Source of the DNA: Eledone cirrhosa
Taxonomy: Eukaryota
Assembly (NCBI GenBank): GCA_964016885.1
Contig: OZ024741.1
Span: 197,594,001-197,658,000 of the forward strand
Length of the DNA: 64,000 nt
Direction: 5' to 3'
Position numbers and translations under genes: made by a program. Numbering within the stretch: the first letter of the stretch is position 1; the number at the start of each line of letters is the position of its first letter. Positions 1-13,400 of this stretch are shown here, one piece after another. The notes under the pieces were generated by a model. That model saw nothing but the letters and a program-made list of their open reading frames with translations, did no database searches and was not told the DNA's origin.

Positions 1-668
1 TGTGGAGATATGTCGAATAGTTGCTGTCGCGTGTAGGACTGATCCGGTTATCGACTGAGTTCATTGTGCAGATGGTCTCGCCGTCTTCCTTCGAGGAGGA
101 AGGGCAGGTGGTTTTCATCTGTCTGGTGGCCAGGGCGAAAGAGATTGTTTGCTGGACAAGGTTGAAAGGGTTAAAGACAGACACTTTCCTCTTTGGCGAA
201 TCCCTAATTAACATTTTCAAGTTTCCCTTGAAGAGGAAAATCAGGGTGGAGAGGCAAGTGCTGCCTTCTAGCAAGTTTGTTGAAAGGTGGGTGAATGTAG
301 CGAGAATAGTCCTAGTGAACGGCACCGCTCTGAATATACGCCTGTAGTTTGAGAAATGGAAACATTAAGAGAGGGCACTTGTCCTTGTGGTCAGGGTGGC
401 GGTGGTATTTTGTGTGGTTTTCGCCACGAGTAACCCTCGGAGGTTTTCCCCCCTATTGGGGAATTTTTCATTGTTTGAATTTTCATCTTTATTGTTTCTA
501 TATATATATATATGTTTCTATGTCTTTTTTCTTTTTCTTTTCTTATATAAATAATAAAAATCTTTACACGCACAAAACCCACATCGTACCGTCCTGTACT
601 GTCCTGTGCCGTCTGTAATGTTTTTCTTGATGTCAGTCCTTGTGGCCAATAAAGAAATCATTATTATC
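1..668 (+). mobile_element. L1/Tx1-clade LINE, 3' end (subfamily X): ORF2 C-terminus, 3' UTR and short ATT tail
   Basis: ORF 21..347 ends ...VNGTALNIRL*, near-identical to the end of 18674..19537. 3' UTR ends ccttgtggccaataaagaaatcattattat, like 19814-19860. Confidence 0.9.
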
Positions 669-1230
669 CTAGTTGTATGTATTCTATTGATAACGTGTTA
701 GTTTTTGTTTATAAACGCTCGTTGAGAGCTTTTATTTAAGGCTGTGATAGTTTCTTTGTTCACACCCTAAATTTACTCGTCAACAATCCAATCAATTTGA
801 CCTTCCCCATTTAAGAAAAGTCACGTGATGACAAATTTACAACTTCGGTAGAATGTCTCACTGACTCCAGACCGAACAACGTTGGATAATACGGGACGAA
901 ACCCTGCCGACGAAGGAACATTCCAGTTCCATTGTGAAAATGCATATGTGACTTGTCTATACATTATGCAACTCGTGGTGCATCTTCCCGTGGTGCATTT
1001 TCTATCGATTCTTGTCTACTCGAGATGGTCCAGGTTAGTCTTCGACCAGTTTGTATTTATCGTTGTTGTTGTAAAAATATGACAACATGCACTTGGTGTC
1101 ACACTTTCTTAACTTTGTGTTTACCCTGAACGAAAATGTATTAACCTTTCGCACCATTGAGTGATTTGTGACCGCCTCAAATAACTCGATTGGTATCTGC
1201 TATATTGCGGCTACAACTTCGATTTATACC

Positions 1231-1266
<36 letters not shown>

Positions 1267-1319
1267 TGGAATAGAATGAAACGAAATTTCATTTCTCACT
1301 CTTACATATATATATATAC

Positions 1320-1377
<58 letters not shown>

Positions 1378-1596
1378 ATATATAAGTAGAAGGGGTATTT
1401 AATTTGTTGGAAATCCGACAAATATAAATATAAATGTTTATAACTGATTTAGAGCACTCAACAAATAACCAAAATAGCAGTAATAATTCTAGCAATATCC
1501 AACCTAATAGTACCGTTCCGAGCAACAACAACTCCGCAAAATGTAACTAGAATTAAATCAAATTGTCCTTTACAAAATAAGTGTTTAGATAAAAAT

Positions 1597-2007
1597 GTGG
1601 TCTATAAATGCACAGTTAAAACTAGTGATAATATATTTAACTATGTCGGTGCCACTTCTACAGAATTTAAAATTCGCTGGAATAACCACATTTTTTCTTT
1701 CCAAAGATTTGATAAAAAATCTTCAACTTCTCTTTCAAACCTGATATGGAACTTAAAATGCAAGAATATAGACTATTCATTAGCTTGGGAAACAGTTTCA
1801 CGAGCACCCGCGTACCGGAACACAGCTCTATCTAGATTCTGCAAATTGTGTATTGAAGAAATTTTTTATATACTTAACTGTAAAAACTCAATTAATCTAA
1901 GAACGAATTTATTTAATTCCTGTAGACATCGCCAGAATTCAACATTCAATTTCTTAAATAATTACTTATCTCTTAAAAAATTATTTTTTTTAAAAGATTT
2001 TTTTTAA
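1597..2007 (+). pseudogene. GIY-YIG endonuclease domain of Penelope-like element
   Basis: VVY..YVG motif, RWNNH..F, STSLS..IW, CKLC.EE and C-terminal CRH typical of PLE endonucleases. Upstream frameshift near 1548. Confidence 0.85.
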
Positions 2008-2674
2008 ATTTTCTCAAAAATTTTTTCAAAATTCTCATTTTTATTTTTTATTTTTTCAATATTCTTTTCAATATTTTTTTAAATATTTTTTCAATATATT
2101 TTTTCAATATTTTTTCAATATGTTTTAAATATTTTCTCAATATTTTTCCAATATTTTTTCAATATTTTTTCAATAGATTAATAACCACTAACTGATTCTG
2201 GCTAAATGTATCTTAAACATCCATACTTATTTTGACTAAATAGTCTCACACTAACAAATAAATAAATAAAACAGGAGTTTTTCCTTATCTTCCCTTTTCA
2301 ATGATATAAATATAAGTATTCTTACTTAACTCAGTTAATTTAATTTAATTTAATTTAATTTTAAATTATTCTCAATTTTAAATACATATTTATTTACATA
2401 AAATACAAAACCAATATCACCCATAACTCATTAGAACAATTATCTATAACATGATATACCCATCTATTTATTTATTTATCTACTTATAAACGAATGAAAA
2501 ATATTATTTTATAAACAAATTTTAAACAACTAATAATCGTAAAATATCCTTTTAATATAAATACACATAATATTAAGATATATATTTACATATATACATA
2601 GATAATTGTCCGAATATATTTCCCTCAAATTAACGTTATATGAGTTTTTTTTTATTCATCTTCGCTTTTTTCCT

Positions 2675-2736
<62 letters not shown>

Positions 2737-3011
2737 ATTTTGTTCTTCTCTTCTCTCTTCTCTCTCTCCATAGTCGTTTAAATAAACGGTTGTTTTTAAA
2801 TTATTTACATATTCATTTGCATATTCACCCATAAGTTTGAAAAATCCCTAATACATTTCCACTATCCAGAGAATATCCAACTGATAAGGTATGATTTTCC
2901 TGGGTATGTCTATATTTATAAAACAAACTTTGTATTTTATCTTGGTACGCTTGAAATATATATAATAAAATAAATATGGTTTTATAAATATAGTTTCCAT
3001 TCATTTAATAT

Positions 3012-3076
<65 letters not shown>

Positions 3077-3299
3077 TATTTTTTGATGTTAGATATTTTC
3101 TTCCTTAAACATTCTTTTCTTCTTTGCCTTCTGCGCTCATTTTCAAACAAACTATTTGCGTACACATATTACGCACACATATTACATTACATGAAAACAA
3201 ATTTAAACCCTAGCTAACTCCTCTAAATTCATAACTCATTCATTTTGCTCCTTCTTTTCACATTATATCCTTAATAACATTAATATTTTTATTTTAATA

Positions 3300-3424
3300 A
3301 TTGTTTCTACTTTAGGCACAAGGCCAGCAATTACCCAGTGCATTACTGGTACTTTATTTTATCGACCCCATAAGGATGAAAGGCAAAGTCAACCTCGGCG
3401 GGATTTGAACTCAGATCGTAAACG
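3300..3424 (-). mobile_element. tRNA-derived SINE family A (5'-truncated)
   Basis: Reverse complement of the B-box gagttcaaatcccgccgagg through the 3' end ggccttgtgcctaaagtagaaacaattatt. Confidence 0.9.
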
Positions 3425-3850
3425 TTTCTTTTCCTCGCACATATTATTAAACCCTTCAATATACAAACCTTAATTTAATATTATTCTTAATTCCTTTTTC
3501 TCTTCATGCATAAACCTCATTAACTTTTAATTTCAAATTCTTTTAAATTATCTATTATCTATTATCTATTATCTTCCAAAAATATATATTGTCTCTGTGA
3601 GACAATATATATTTTTTTCTCAGTTGTAAAGGCTATCTCTCTCTCTCTATCACCCATCTCTCCTCCTCTCTCATCCTTCTTTCTTATACTCCTCCCCCAC
3701 CATTCTTTACTCTCCTCTCCTCCTCTTCCTTACCTTCCCCCCCCCCCTCCACTTTTTCCTAATCTCATACATCAATCTTAAATTATTTTTCATATGTTGA
3801 TTTAAAACTTCACTATTCACAAGTGTTTTTTAAGCTTCATATCATATCCC

Positions 3851-3921
3851 TATTTTATCTGATGAGAACGCAGATACCATCCCATGATGATATTTGTTTT
3901 TGAAATGCGCATAATAAAATA
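3851..3921 (+). ncRNA. Type I hammerhead ribozyme (PLE-associated)
   Basis: Stem I tattttat/ataaaata (8 bp), CTGATGA at 3859-3865, stem II gaacgcagata/tatttgttttt, GAAA, palindromic stem III tgcgca, predicted AUA cleavage triplet at 3911-3913. Confidence 0.8.
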
Positions 3922-4123
3922 CTTATATATATATATACAGTTCAAGAGTAACCAATCTTAAAGAGAGAGATGGATATAGGAGAGGAGAGATATGAGAGGA
4001 GAGATTGGTGAATTAGTTAGAAGCCAAAGCGTAAAGGCATGTGCTCAATGTGCAATATGCAGTAGAAAGCAGCTAGGTGGTTGGGTTCATGCAGAAGTTA
4101 GGTGTGCAGAGCTGGAAATATTC

Positions 4124-4725
4124 ATTAGTTAAGCAAAACAAGACCACACATTCCACAAGGAAGACATTATTAAAAGATTGTCAACATATTTTAGTTTGAT
4201 GTAAGGAATGTAGAGAATAATAATAATAATAATAATATTAATAATAATTATTTCTACGTTAGGCACAAGGCCAGCAATTACCCAGTGCATTACTTGTACT
4301 TTATTTTATCGACCCCGTAAGGATGAAAGGCAAAGTTAACCTCGGCGGGATAATATTAATAATAATAATATTAATGTCCGTTTACAATTGTTTCACTACT
4401 CCATATAATATTTCTGGATCAGATGACTATATATCATAATTGATCTGGTTCAGTTGAAAATAATTAACATATTTAAAAGACAGAGCGGCTCATCGGAACT
4501 TCAAAGGAATATAAATTAAAATAATGAGAGAATGTTACATAATATAATGTTCCATATATTGGTTTTTACTATGGTGTCTTGGTTGCATCAGTTGTCAGTC
4601 ATAATCAAGCAGTATTCATCTGTCGAGGCTGCATTGTGTGAGATCTGCCTTACATCAAACTAAAATATGTTGACAATCTTTTAATAATGTCTTCCTTGTG
4701 AAATTTCTGGTCTTGTTTTGCTTAA

Positions 4726-4730
<5 letters not shown>
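4124..4730. repeat. 83-bp inverted repeat pair (4124-4206 / 4648-4730)
   Basis: attagttaagcaaaacaagacc...tttgatgtaagg matches the reverse complement of 4648-4730 with 3 mismatches by eye. Confidence 0.85.
4249..4349 (-). mobile_element. SINE family A fragment inserted in (AAT)n with ~17-bp TSD
   Basis: SINE body flanked by ataatattaataataat at ~4232-4248 and ~4350-4366. Confidence 0.85.
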
Positions 4731-4785
<55 letters not shown>

Positions 4786-4986
4786 TATCACTCCAATTTA
4801 TTATGAATTCAATTTATAAATTTAATTTATAATAAATTGGAATGAAAGCAACTGGTGCGTGTGTTTCTTATTGGCAACATGACCCTCCAAAAGTATAACA
4901 ATATCGGTTTCAACACACGTTTTCAGATAAAGAATCTTGCTAAACAAATTCAGAAACGATATATATATCAGTCTGTGTGTAAACAC

Positions 4987-5084
<98 letters not shown>

Positions 5085-5144
5085 TTTAAATAATCTCTAA
5101 ATAATTCATTCAGCGTACACGTACACGCACACACATACACAAAC

Positions 5145-5277
<133 letters not shown>

Positions 5278-5299
5278 AACAATCAAAGAACTGTTCAAA

Positions 5300-5950
5300 A
5301 CATTATTGTGCTTACAGCTGTTTCCTCCAAACCGAGGTTTGGATTCTTCGGGGCAATTTATTAATGCATGGACAGTTATATGACCTCCTTTTCAGTTGAG
5401 AGACATACCGATACATATTCAAACATTGATACATATTCAAACATTGTGGGTCAACATTCATTACAGAATTTAGAGTGGCAGTACACACTTCGAGATTACA
5501 TTTATATTAAGAGGTACAATCAAAAATCAAAAATACAGGTTAAAATACAACATGAAGATAAGCGGTTATATAGTGCAAATGTTATATGTGTGGCACGCAT
5601 GTGCGTCTTGTTTATATAGTGTGGCAGAGAGATATGTGTGGTAGAGGCACTTAGGTAGGTAAACAAGAGTGTTAGGTTGGTAGATCTGGTGGCAAATTCT
5701 TTATATGATTGATATAGTCTGTGTGTGGAGAAATGTTATAAGCATTAAAAATAGTGCAAGCATTAAAAGTGTTAAAAGTATTGGAGATGCACAGCGAAGG
5801 GATGTCAAGTATTTCATGTACTTCGGCATTTTCATGGTCAGGGGAGTGTATTTTTCGATTATATGCCCCTCACATAATCCACGACAATCCGATATTGAGC
5901 GTTTGACAATCCAGTTAGAGATCGTAGTCTGGTGTTCTTTAGTCTGGTGG
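5300..5950 (-). mobile_element. Inverted, decayed Penelope-like 3' segment (endonuclease remnant and 3' UTR with hammerhead motif)
   Basis: ORF 5701..5970 has a decayed TTISNWIVK...CRGLCE...RC pattern. Minus-strand CCGAAGA-stem II-GAAAcagctgTA at ~5309-5355. Abuts the + strand PLE RT at 5952. Confidence 0.55.
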
Positions 5951-5951
5951 T

Positions 5952-7113
5952 TTGTACCGCGATGATGCACTTCTACTTATAGAATATAAAACATTTAATA
6001 TAGAAAGAACTAGAAAACAATTGCATAAGACATTAAAAAACTTTAACCTTAGTATCACCATGGACAAAAACACTAAAAATGTTAACTTCCTAGACGCCAC
6101 ACTATACCTAGACTCAAAAATATATACACCTTTCCATAAGCCTAACGAGAAACTTATTTACGTAGATACCAAGTCTAATCACCCTAGATCAATATTAAAC
6201 TCTATCTCTAAGGGGGTGTCCAATAGAATCTCTAGTCTGTCCTATGACGCAAACATATTTAGCAAAAACTCACAATATTACAATCAAGCATTAGCTAGCT
6301 CCGGCCATAATATAGAAATTGAGTTCCTACCTAAGAAAACACATAGCTACAACATCATCTCGCACAACATGTCCATGAGGAAACCTAATAATAGGAATAG
6401 CAACCACAAGTACACCAAAGCGGAGGGTGCCACCGGAAGTAACCATTACCATGGAAACTACTGTGGGGCCTTAGGAAGAAGCAACACACCAAACACTAAA
6501 AGCAAAAATAGAAGAAGAAATAATACATTTTTCAACCCTCCTTTCAACCTAAATGTCTCCACCAACATACCTAGGGCTTTCTTCTCACTACTAGATAAAA
6601 ACTTCCCTCTAGGACACAAGTACCACAACCTCTTAAACAAAAACACCATTAAAATCTCATACTCTACGACGCCTAACTTAGCATACCACATAGCTAGCAG
6701 CAATAATAGTAAAATTAGTTCTTACTTCCAACAAACAAAATCACAACGGGATGCAAACCCTCTAAATACCACTGTAGCAAGCAACCATAGCAACGGCAGT
6801 AACAATAGAAATAACACTAGTATAAGTAATAACACCAGGGTTGTCAACCCGAACGCCCAAAATCCTATAGCTACCACACAGACTTCCGCACTGCATTATA
6901 ACCAGCGGATGTGAGAAAAACCACAGACCCTCCATCTCAACTCACCTTTTGAAAAGCAGAAGAACTGCGAAACCGGTAAAGGAACCAAATAAATATATAT
7001 ATTTTAAAAAAAAATAAGACTTCAGTTGCATTTTCGATTTCATCTCTTTTTCTTTATACTTTCACTCGTGTAGGACACCTCGGTTATTTTTCATTTTGTA
7101 AAAAAACCCTCAC

Positions 7114-7120
<7 letters not shown>
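5952..7120 (+). mobile_element. Penelope-like element RT C-terminal/thumb fragment with 3' end
   Basis: ORF 5952..6914: YRDD, VNFLDATL, HKPNEKLIYV...SNHP, FFNPPFN..V.TNI...IKISYSTTPN (PLE RT/thumb). Degenerate hammerhead at 6945-6982. Ends in (TA)n. Confidence 0.9.
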
Positions 7121-7195
<75 letters not shown>

Positions 7196-9599
7196 GTTTG
7201 TGTATGTGTGTGCGTGTACGCTGAATGAATTATTTAGAGATTATTTGAAATTTGAAAATATGAGAGTCCCCTTTTTTCCGTCTCTAAGTGAAATTTACCC
7301 ATTTTCTTCAACTATTATATTTAGTTATCTACTGTTAAATATGTATGTTTGTATGCATGTACGTTTGTGTTTGTGTATATGTGTTGATATGGGTGTATGT
7401 ATGTGTCTGTGTAGCTTTCGCTTGATATATATCAGCTAAGTATACAAATATCGGCAAAAAGAAACTGATGATAAATCCATTGTTACTCTCCACGTAAAAA
7501 ATGCAGCAAACCAGCAATTGCCCGTTAGAAACCTATTCCGACAAAATATAAAATACCCAAATAAGTAATTAACTATGGATTCACAATTTTACCCCATCCT
7601 AAAGATTTACATTTATAAGATTTTATAAAGAGTATATTTATTCATTCAGTTAGGAATCAATCCATTTCTTTTATAGGTTTCTCTCATCCATTCTTTTTTC
7701 TCCAGCATCACCTAATGTCAATATTACACTATAGTGTTATATGAAACCTATAATAACAATCTCAATCTGTTTGTCTGAAGTCTTATTTTTTGCTTTCTTG
7801 CCCTCCGTCTGTCAGCTTCGACAATTATATAGTTATTACGGTGTTTTAGATTTTAGATTTCTTTGGATTTTTACATATTAAGAATTTCTTAATTAGTGAC
7901 TAGATTTCTATTCGTAACAATGTATTTTTGTAACAAAGATTGTAGCAGATTTTATGGATTTATCTAAAGAATTTACTTAACGTGTCACATTTTAAACTAT
8001 ATCTATTTTATTGTGCCTTTATGTTTTATTTCTGTTTGTGGTAATTTATGGTAAATCGTTAGCATTGAGAAGAGAACTCTTTCTTTCGTGGCAACTTTAA
8101 ATTCGCCAAGGATACAGTACTCATCATTCCGTTCTTTGACGATCATTAACTTCAACGTAATCTTTCTTAAATTGGTTGTGTAAACTTGAGCTTTTCTTTC
8201 GTTGTCACAGTTCTACTTCCTTCAATAATTTATTAGCTAGGTTGCCTATATAATATCTTTGAAATATGATTACTAGAACTAGTCTTGCTTAGCGTCAACA
8301 ATAGTTAGTTGGGTGAAAGGCTAATCAAACCAATTAAATTTCCTCTTCCGTATTTCTGTGAAAGTGTCAGCTGCCCTGAGAAGTTTTATTGTATTGTCAA
8401 CAGGCACACCGATGTGGTCGATTAATTGAGTGTAGTCATTCTTATTGATATCTTTCAGTGTGGATCCCTTTTACCGAGTTACAACTGAAGGTCAAGCCTA
8501 AGCCGAAAGTGGCAATTTGCTCCATGGTGTGCCATCACGTAAACACTATCTTCTACTGGCTAGGCACCTTATGAGTGATTGTAGATTCCAACCTTCAGAA
8601 ATTGGTAAAGATGTTAAAAAAATAAATATGGTCTACAATTCAGAATACACATACTATTCAAACAGAATATTAAGGATCTCAATTTATAGATAATTAGTAA
8701 AAGTTAAAAAAATCAAATTTTATATGCTTTGTATTCCGATCCTATTAATACCAATTTTGACTTTCAATTCTCCAGTACGTGTATGTTGACTACCAGGCCA
8801 TTTTATTTATCATCACCACCAACTCCTCCCTCAAGAATATGTCATTGATATATTTTGCTTCAGCTGAATTGACTTAAGCTTTTACAAACAAATATTTTGG
8901 AACTTGTAATTTGCTAAACTTAGTATATCATTTGATATTTTGCGTTATTAAATATGTGTCTGTCGTACCCAAAGAGTAACGAGGAAAACAAAAATACCAC
9001 CATAAACATCGCCCAACAGTTCAAATTATATGATTAAACTGGGAGATAGGAACGGAGGCGAATTCAATATTTTGAACAGTAATCCTTCGTAAAAAAAAAA
9101 AAAAATAATAATAATGATTTAAAAGTGACGTGAAATACAGTATTGTTTACAGCGATGTCTAGATGATGAAAGATTCTGCGTAATTTACTCTTCAAATTTC
9201 TTCTTCTTCTTCTTCTTCTTCTTCTTCTTCTTCTTCTTCTTCTTCTTCTTCTCATCATCCCCATTATTGAGTTAATGAGTGATGTTGACTGAGTCGTTAG
9301 GCGTTGACATAATATTTCAGTATTTCCTGATTGTTGCAACATTTTACTTAAACTCTATCAATTATGTAATAGAATGCAGCAATATCATATGAGCAGAGTC
9401 CTAACGAAGTGAAATTGTTTTCATGCGGAAAAGAATTAGCATAAATAAAAGTAAAATATCTGAAAAATCGAAAATCGAAAAGCAAATATTAAACTCTGAT
9501 TTATATGTACATAAATCAAACGGAATAAAGTGGTTACGGCAAAGTTTAAACAGATTTTCAAATTGAAACAGATCCCAATATTATTATTATTATTATAAT

Positions 9600-10421
9600 A
9601 CTCTAGGCGTCGACGAAAATCAACTAGCCAATCTCTTCGGAAGAACTTTCGGGCCGGGGCCTATGGACAACTTCCAGAAATCTCTGGCCTGGCAGTGCTA
9701 CCGAGGAGCCTTGCCAGTTTGAGATAAAATCTACAGGCATGGAGGTGCCGTCAGCCGGGCATGTCCGAGATGCGCGCAGGGCGACGAAACCGTCCTGCAC
9801 GCACTCGTCCAGTGTCCGAGCATTGCTGACTTGTGGGTTTATGTCGAACACCTGCTGTCGCGTGTAGGACGGATCCGGCTATCATCTGAGTCCATCGTCA
9901 GGATTGCCCCGCCCTCTTCCTTTAGCCGGGAAGGGCAGGCAGTTTTTATCTGTCTGGTGGCCATGGCGAAAGAGATAGCATGGTGGACACGTTTGAAAGG
10001 GCTGAAGACGAGCACTTACCTCTTCGGTGATGCCCTGATTGACTTTTTCAAATTTCATTTGAAAAGGAAAATCAGAGTAGAGAGGGAAGTGCTCTCTTCC
10101 CAGCATTTTGTTGAAAGATGGGTGAGAGAATAAAAAATGGCCCGAGTGAATGGGCCTACTCTGAGTATGTATCTGTAAATTAAAGGTGGAAAACTGGGAG
10201 AGGGCACTTGCCCTGGTGGTCAGGGTCACTGTGGCCTTTTAATGGGTTTTCTCCACAAATGTCCCTCCGAAGTCTCCCCCCTATTGGGGAATTTTTCTTT
10301 GTTATTTTATTTCATCCTCTGTTTTTTTTACACGCAGAAATGCCCATTTGTACTGTCCTGTATTGTCCTGTACTGTCCTTAATGTCTACTTTATGTAAAC
10401 CCTTGTGGTTAATAAAGAAAA

Positions 10422-10422
<1 letters not shown>
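9600..10422 (+). mobile_element. L1/Tx1-clade LINE, 5'-truncated (subfamily Y), flanked by (ATT)n
   Basis: zf-RVT motif LAWQCYRGALP...CPRC...ETVLHALVQC, matching 28696-29285. (ATT)n at 9580-9596 and 10423-10470. Confidence 0.92.
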
Positions 10423-10470
<48 letters not shown>

Positions 10471-13400
10471 GTTTTTGAGTCTCAGTCATTGATGTTATTT
10501 AACTGGAAAGTTTGTTGAAATGAATATCAAGCCACTACATGCAGCCTCAGATATTCAGGACGTATCGGAGGGTTGTTGCTGTTCCCAGCAAGCATACCTT
10601 TTGAAGTGTTCCAAAAAGTGGGGCGGGGCCAATTTTCTTTAACCATCCTTGGAAACTCTTTGAGATAGTACCTAGTGCGCCTATGACAATTGGGACCACT
10701 TTGACCTCATAGCAGTTCCAAATCCTTTTACCTCCCACTTTAAGTCCTGGTATCGGTTAATTTTCTCCCTCTCCTTCTCTTGCACTCTCGTGTCAAATGA
10801 GCAGGCCACATCCACAATCAGGCACGATCTTTTTCCCTTGTCCAAAACCACCAGGTCAGGCCTATTGTGTTCCAGTTTATTGTCCGTCTGTATCCTAAAA
10901 TCCCACAGCACCTTCACCTGATCGTTTTCCATCACCGACCCTGGCTTATGCTCATACCACTTCTCAGAATGTGGTAAATTGTTTACTTTGCATAGGTGCC
11001 AGTGGATCACCCCACCCATCACATCATGTCTCCAGCCTTTATAGTGAGTCTGGGCTAGGTGTTTACACTCGGATACAATGTGAGACACAGTCTCCTCTCT
11101 CTTTCTCCACAGATCCTACACAGTGGGCTAGCCTCCTCCTTGTAAATATGGTGTTTCAGCCACTTCGTTTTAAGGGCCTGCTCTTGCGCAGCCATTAGCA
11201 TTCCTTCTGTAGCCTTTTTAATGTCTCCGCTTTTCAACCAGTTCCATGTCTGTGGATCTCTAAATTTAGTTTTCTCAAAGAAGGCACGATGAAGGGATTT
11301 TTCATGAAGGCTGCTCTTTCTCCTTGTTGTTATTTCCTCCTTGGATATCCCCTGGTCTATTGTCCTCTCCTTCAGTACAATTCTGAGCATTGGCTCCCTA
11401 CTATCAATCACGTATTTGTGTAGGTTGTTTTTCTCCATCTGAACACAGTCCTCTCTGCAGATAAGACCTCTTCCACCTTCAGATCTCCTTAAGTAGAGTC
11501 TATCGACATCACTCCTCTTGTGAAACATGTAGATAGTCAATAGTTCCTAGTCTTCCTATCCATTTCTTTTTGTTCAGCAACATTCCATCTCAGAATTCCC
11601 GCACTGTACCTAATAATAGACAAGGCTCGGGAATTTACTGCACTTATGGCATTCCTACTGTTCAGATGTGACTTTAGTACGCTCCTTACTCTCCGAATGT
11701 ATTCAGATCTTATCAGTTCCTTTATTTTTTTGTTCTTGATGTCATCAGCCTCCAGAACACCTAAATATTTGTATCCTTTTTCAGCATCAATTTCCTTTAT
11801 CATCTCACCTGCTGGTACCTAGATTCCGTTGCTTCTGCTCAATTTATCCCTCTTCATCACAAGGACTCCACACTTACTAATACCAAATTGCATACATATA
11901 TCATTGCTGAAAATACAGGCACATCCAACTCCTTCTCACTCATCCCGTAGAGTTTAAGATCGTCCATGAAGAGGAGGTGATTGATGGGAAGCTCTCCCTT
12001 TCCCAACTTGTATCCTGCTCTCACTTTTCGCAGTATAATGGTCAGGGGGATCAGGGCAAGGACAAACAACAGAGGGGACAAACTATCTCCCTGGAAGATA
12101 CCTCTCTTGATCCTCACGCCTCCCAAGTATTCTCCACCCGATGTTAACTCTGTTTTGCAGGACTTCATACTTTTGCACAACAACTGTCTGATGTTATCTG
12201 CCACCTTGAAGATCTCTAGGCTTTTGGTTATCCAAGAATGAGGTACCATGTCGAATGCCTTTTTGTAGTCTATCCATCCCATAGCAAGACCAGTGTGCCT
12301 CCTCTTGCAATTCCTCATTACCATCTTATCAATAAGTATCTCGTCTTTTGTACCACGGGACTTCTTTCGGCATCCTTTCTGTTCGTCCGGTAACAAGTTG
12401 TTTATGTGGAGGTGATGGTAGATCTCCTCAGACACAATGCTTGTTAACAGTTTCCACATTACGGACAGACATGTGATAGGTCTATAGTTGGTAACATCAT
12501 TACCCTTGGTTCGGTCTTTCATTACCAGAACTGTGGTGCCTTTTGTCAACCACTCTGGTACCTCACCTGACATCAAGTAGTCATTGAACATGGTTGTCAG
12601 TTTCGGGTGGAGGGATGTTATATTTTTAATCCAATACCCCTGCCACCATCTGGGCCTGGTGATTTCCAGTTGGTAAGTTTTTTGGCCTGCCCCTTAAGAG
12701 TTTCAACTGTAATACTCAAATCAGTTTGTTGGTGTGCCTGTTCACTAATCTCCTTTTGTACTGTCTCAATCCACACTGCCTGATTATTATGTTCAACATC
12801 CTGCTCCCATATTCCTCTCCTGAATGTCTTAGTCTGTTCCTCCTCAGGGATCAAGTCGTTGCCTCTTTCTTTCCCTTCAAGCTGTCCAAACAACATCTTC
12901 TGGTTGTTGTCAAACATGCGGTTCTGTCTATACTGACTGACTCTGCTCTCATATCGCCTAATCTTTGCGCTCTTTCCTACAATGCGTTGCTTCAGTTCTT
13001 CTATGATAATATTTATCTTTTTCCTCCTAGTTTTGTACTTTATTTTCAGTCTATTTTTAGTGTCTATGTTTTTTAGTGTCCCATTTAGTAGGGACTCAAG
13101 CTTTCCAATGTCATTTCTCATTTCCCTGATTTGACCATTCAATCGTTTCTTCCACCAACGCTCTGATCTTTCTTGTCTGTTGTTTCCTCTCGTTTTTATG
13201 CCAAGTAATTTCCTCACCGCATTTGCTGTTGCTTTGAGGATATTGTTGCACTGGTGAAGGTTCCTCGCCTCAAGGTATGGGATGACTTTTTTTAACCTTA
13301 GCTGTTGTTTCTTTTAACTTTTTCCTGTCTACAAATCTTAGGTTCATAGGTTTCCCACTATCATTGTTCATTTCATCTACCACTAAGTTTAGGATATCAA

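Larger units (their letters stand above)
1385..3925 (+). mobile_element. Penelope-like element 3' part (probable Naiad-type): GIY-YIG endonuclease plus long AT-rich 3' region with hammerhead; bounded by (TA)n
   Basis: Frameshifted CN(C)RIKSNCPLQNKC linker, then ORF 1597..2007 (VVYKC...YVGATSTEFKIRWNNH...CKLCIEE...CRH). (TA)n on both sides. Boundaries approximate. Confidence 0.8.

Noticed and set aside
895-950. Hammerhead-like ccgacga-ggaac/gttcc-gaaa
   Set aside because: Extra bases before GAAA, and no stem I/III or cleavage triplet fit.
2881-2970. ctgataa...gaaatatatata hammerhead-like motif (similar weak one on the minus strand near 4897-4930)
   Set aside because: Core mutated and stem I does not pair; at most a fossil.
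5410-5465. SECIS-like ATGA..AA..TGA on the minus strand of the PLE tail
   Set aside because: Helix register is off, and the region is confounded by an 18-bp tandem duplication.
8090-8610. Coding-like unique stretch on the minus strand
   Set aside because: Short frames with stops and no recognisable motif or clear splice sites.
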